From contig CBDFMQ010000002.1 of the NCBI GenBank assembly GCA_965249725.1, positions 576,001 through 640,000 of the forward strand: DNA of 64,000 nt, written 5' to 3'. This DNA comes from Longimicrobiales bacterium (GTDB taxonomy: Bacteria; Gemmatimonadota; Gemmatimonadetes; Longimicrobiales; Gaopeijiaceae). Below are positions 61,792 to 64,000 of this stretch, piece after piece. Under the pieces are notes generated by a model that worked only from the letters and a program-made list of their open reading frames with translations, was not told the origin of the DNA and searched no databases. Numbering within the stretch: position 1 is the stretch's first letter; every line of letters begins with the position of its first letter. The position numbers and the translations under genes are program-made.

Positions 61792-63195
61792 TCAGGCTTC
61801 GCGAACCTCTTTGACGAGCTCGCCCATGGATCCCTTCGCGTCTCCGAAGAACATCCTCGTGTGATCCATATAGAACAGCGGATTGTCGATCCCGGCGAAG
61901 CCCGGTGACAGGCTGCGCTTCATGATGATCACGCTCTTGGCGTTCTCGACATCGAGAATCGGCATCCCTGCGATGACGCTGTTGGGATCGTGTGCGTCCG
62001 GGTTGACCACGTCGTTGGCGCCCACCACCAGTACCACGTCCGTCCGATCGAAATCGTCATTGATCTCGTCGAGGTCGAAGAGCTTGTCGTAGGGGACGTC
62101 CGCTTCGGCGAGCAGCACGTTCATGTGTCCCGGCATCCGGCCGGCAACAGGGTGCACGGCGTACTTCACGTCGACACCGCGCTCCTCCAGGTTGTCCATC
62201 ACCTTCCGAAGGTCGTGCTGGGCCTGGGCGACAGCGAGACCGTAGCCCGGTACCACGATGACCGACTGGGCGTAAGCGAGCATCATCGCAGCCCCCTCGG
62301 CGTCCGTGGAACGCGCCGTCTTGTCACCGGCTCCGACCTGTGCGGCTGTCGCACCCTCGGAACCGAACGCTCCGAACGCCACGTTGGCCAGCGAGCGATT
62401 CATGGCCTTGCACATGATCATCGTGAGGATGAGTCCGGCGGCTCCGACGAGCGCACCACTGATGATGAGCACGTTGTTGCCGATGACGAATCCGACAGCC
62501 GACGCGGCCAGCCCCGAATACGAGTTCAGGAGCGAGACCACGACCGGCATGTCTGCGCCCCCGATCGGGATGACCAACAGGATGCCGAGTAAGAGTGCAA
62601 TGACCGTGAAGATCACGAACACGGTGAGCGTCGGCAGCGCACCGACCTGGAACAGACCCATGATCGACGCACCCAACGCCAGCACACCCACGAACAGGAT
62701 GGCGTTGAGGGTCTTCTGCAACGGGAAGGTGATCGGATTCCCGGACACGAGACCCTTGAGCTTACCGAACGCTACGAAGCTGCCGGAGAACGTCACGGTT
62801 CCGATCAGGCAGGAGAGGGCGATGGTGAGTCCGTCACCCAGTGCGAGGGCAGATGCGGTCGTCTGTACTCGAACCAATTCGGCCGCGGCCACGAGAGCCG
62901 AAGCTCCTCCACCGAACCCGTTGAACGCCCCCACCAATTCCGGCATGGACGTCATCTTCACCGTTCGGGCCAGGACGCCCCCGATGAGACCGCCCAGGAC
63001 CATGCCCCCTACGATGCCGGTCCAGCTCACGGCCTGGTTGTCCACCACGGTAGCCACGATGGCGATGAGCATGGCCAGAGCGGCCAGCTGGTTGCCGGCT
63101 CGAGCCGTAGCGGGAGACTGCAGCCGCTTGAGTCCGACCACGAATAGGACGGACGAGAAGAGATATGAAAGCTCCACCCAAAGGGAGAGATCCAT
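61792..63195 (-). CDS. pntB: NAD(P) transhydrogenase beta subunit
   Basis: IGGADMPVVVSLLNSYSG, PGYGLAVAQAQ, HPVAGRMPGHMNVLLAEA. Confidence 0.98.
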   Translation of the reverse strand: MDLSLWVELSYLFSSVLFVVGLKRLQSPATARAGNQLAALAMLIAIVATVVDNQAVSWTGIVGGMVLGGLIGGVLARTVKMTSMPELVGAFNGFGGGASALVAAAELVRVQTTASALALGDGLTIALSCLIGTVTFSGSFVAFGKLKGLVSGNPITFPLQKTLNAILFVGVLALGASIMGLFQVGALPTLTVFVIFTVIALLLGILLVIPIGGADMPVVVSLLNSYSGLAASAVGFVIGNNVLIISGALVGAAGLILTMIMCKAMNRSLANVAFGAFGSEGATAAQVGAGDKTARSTDAEGAAMMLAYAQSVIVVPGYGLAVAQAQHDLRKVMDNLEERGVDVKYAVHPVAGRMPGHMNVLLAEADVPYDKLFDLDEINDDFDRTDVVLVVGANDVVNPDAHDPNSVIAGMPILDVENAKSVIIMKRSLSPGFAGIDNPLFYMDHTRMFFGDAKGSMGELVKEVREA

Positions 63196-63219
63196 TGGTT
63201 TACTCCTTTGAGTGCTTGT

Positions 63220-63495
63220 CTATTTCTTGAACATCTCGAGCATGCGATCGGTGACCATAAAGCCACCCACCACATTGATCATGGCCAAAACGATGGCCGC
63301 GATCCCGAGAACCTCGGACAACCCCGAGTCGACCTGCGCCGAAACGACCAAGGCTCCCACGATGGCGATGCCCGAAATAGCGTTGGCTCCCGACATCAGG
63401 GGAGTGTGCAGGGTGGGGGGCACCTTGGTGATCAGCTCCCGACCGGCCACGGTAGCCAGGACGAAGACGTAGAGTCCTACGACCATCTCGCCCAT
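63220..63495 (-). CDS. pntAB: NAD(P) transhydrogenase alpha subunit part 2
   Basis: VPPTLHTPLMSGANAISG, INVVGGF.VT.RML.MF. Confidence 0.96.
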   Translation of the reverse strand: MGEMVVGLYVFVLATVAGRELITKVPPTLHTPLMSGANAISGIAIVGALVVSAQVDSGLSEVLGIAAIVLAMINVVGGFMVTDRMLEMFKK

Positions 63496-63583
63496 CAAGT
63501 CCTCCTTCTATTGGTCATGCTGTATGTGGGACGTGGACCGAGAACTGTACGGCCCATCAGAGTCACTGTCTGTCGGCTCCTCG

Positions 63584-64000
63584 TCATGCGAGCCCGAGCC
63601 GCTCCTTGGTGGGCCCGTGCCGCACCTCACCGCCATGCGTCACGCACGTGCCGGTGACGACCTCGTCTTCGAAGTCGAGAGTGAGCTCACCTTCGTTGAC
63701 CAGTTCCTTGAGGAGCGTGGCCACGTTCTTGGCGAACATTTGGCTGGCATGCACCGGGATTCCGGCGGGAAGATTGGAGGGCCCGATGATCTTGACGCCG
63801 TTGCGGACCACTGTCTCTCCATCGACCGCCCCGGCGCAGTTGCCACCGGAGGCGGCGGCGAGATCGACGATGACCGACCCGGGTCGCATCGAATCCACCA
63901 TCTCTTCGGTGATGAGCCTCGGCGCCGGACGCCCGGGAATCTGAGCGGTCGTCACGACGAGGTCCGTGTCGGAAATGTGGGCTGCGATGAGCTCCAATTC
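63584..64000 (-). CDS. pntAA: NAD(P) transhydrogenase alpha subunit part 1 (5' truncated by window edge)
   Basis: VVTTAQIPGRPAP, SVIVDLAAASGGNC, HASQMFAKN. Confidence 0.95.
   Translation of the reverse strand, partial: ELELIAAHISDTDLVVTTAQIPGRPAPRLITEEMVDSMRPGSVIVDLAAASGGNCAGAVDGETVVRNGVKIIGPSNLPAGIPVHASQMFAKNVATLLKELVNEGELTLDFEDEVVTGTCVTHGGEVRHGPTKERLGLA

Noticed and set aside
61792..64000. Split pntA as a pseudogene
   Set aside because: The three-gene pntAA-pntAB-pntB layout is well known; pntAB and pntB have their own SDs and motifs are intact.

Overview
GC-rich bacterial chromosomal segment made up mostly of housekeeping genes. Gene content and order suggest Gemmatimonadota (inference). 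Order: alaS, PHP phosphatase, gmhA, SDR, CCA enzyme, rarA, hflX, DUF2520, pdxJ, UPF0104, ispE, tRNA-Gln; a ~5-kb accessory block (interrupted Ser/Thr kinase-TPR, small secreted protein, GWxTD-like protein); prs, rplY, pth, hppA, M20 peptidase, rpsF/rpsR, DUF2232, rplI, rsfS; two paralogous pseudo-ATPase/SPOR membrane proteins, smc, aroF, yraN, SRP RNA, dnaX, ybaB, recR, mglA, pgsA, cinA, lysophospholipase, grpE, dnaJ; on the minus strand iscS-mnmA, a TolC/MFP/2-permease operon and a creatininase-like gene; then an NtrY-like kinase, an aromatic amino-acid decarboxylase and the pnt transhydrogenase genes. No integrase, transposase, CRISPR array or rRNA was seen. Top observations: (1) ribosomal proteins bS6 and bS18 are fused in one 217-aa ORF behind a candidate S6:S18 autoregulatory leader; (2) the SRP RNA has a UUGCC pentaloop instead of the GNRA tetraloop; (3) tandem Walker-A-less MinD/BY-kinase-like + TM + 2xSPOR proteins are coupled to smc; (4) the kinase-TPR gene is split by one in-frame TAG and faces a small secreted protein; (5) separate 13-14-bp intergenic tandem arrays share a GAAGC core; (6) mglA lacks mglB and the Mac-type operon lacks an ATPase. 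All family calls come from motif recognition by eye; no database search was run.
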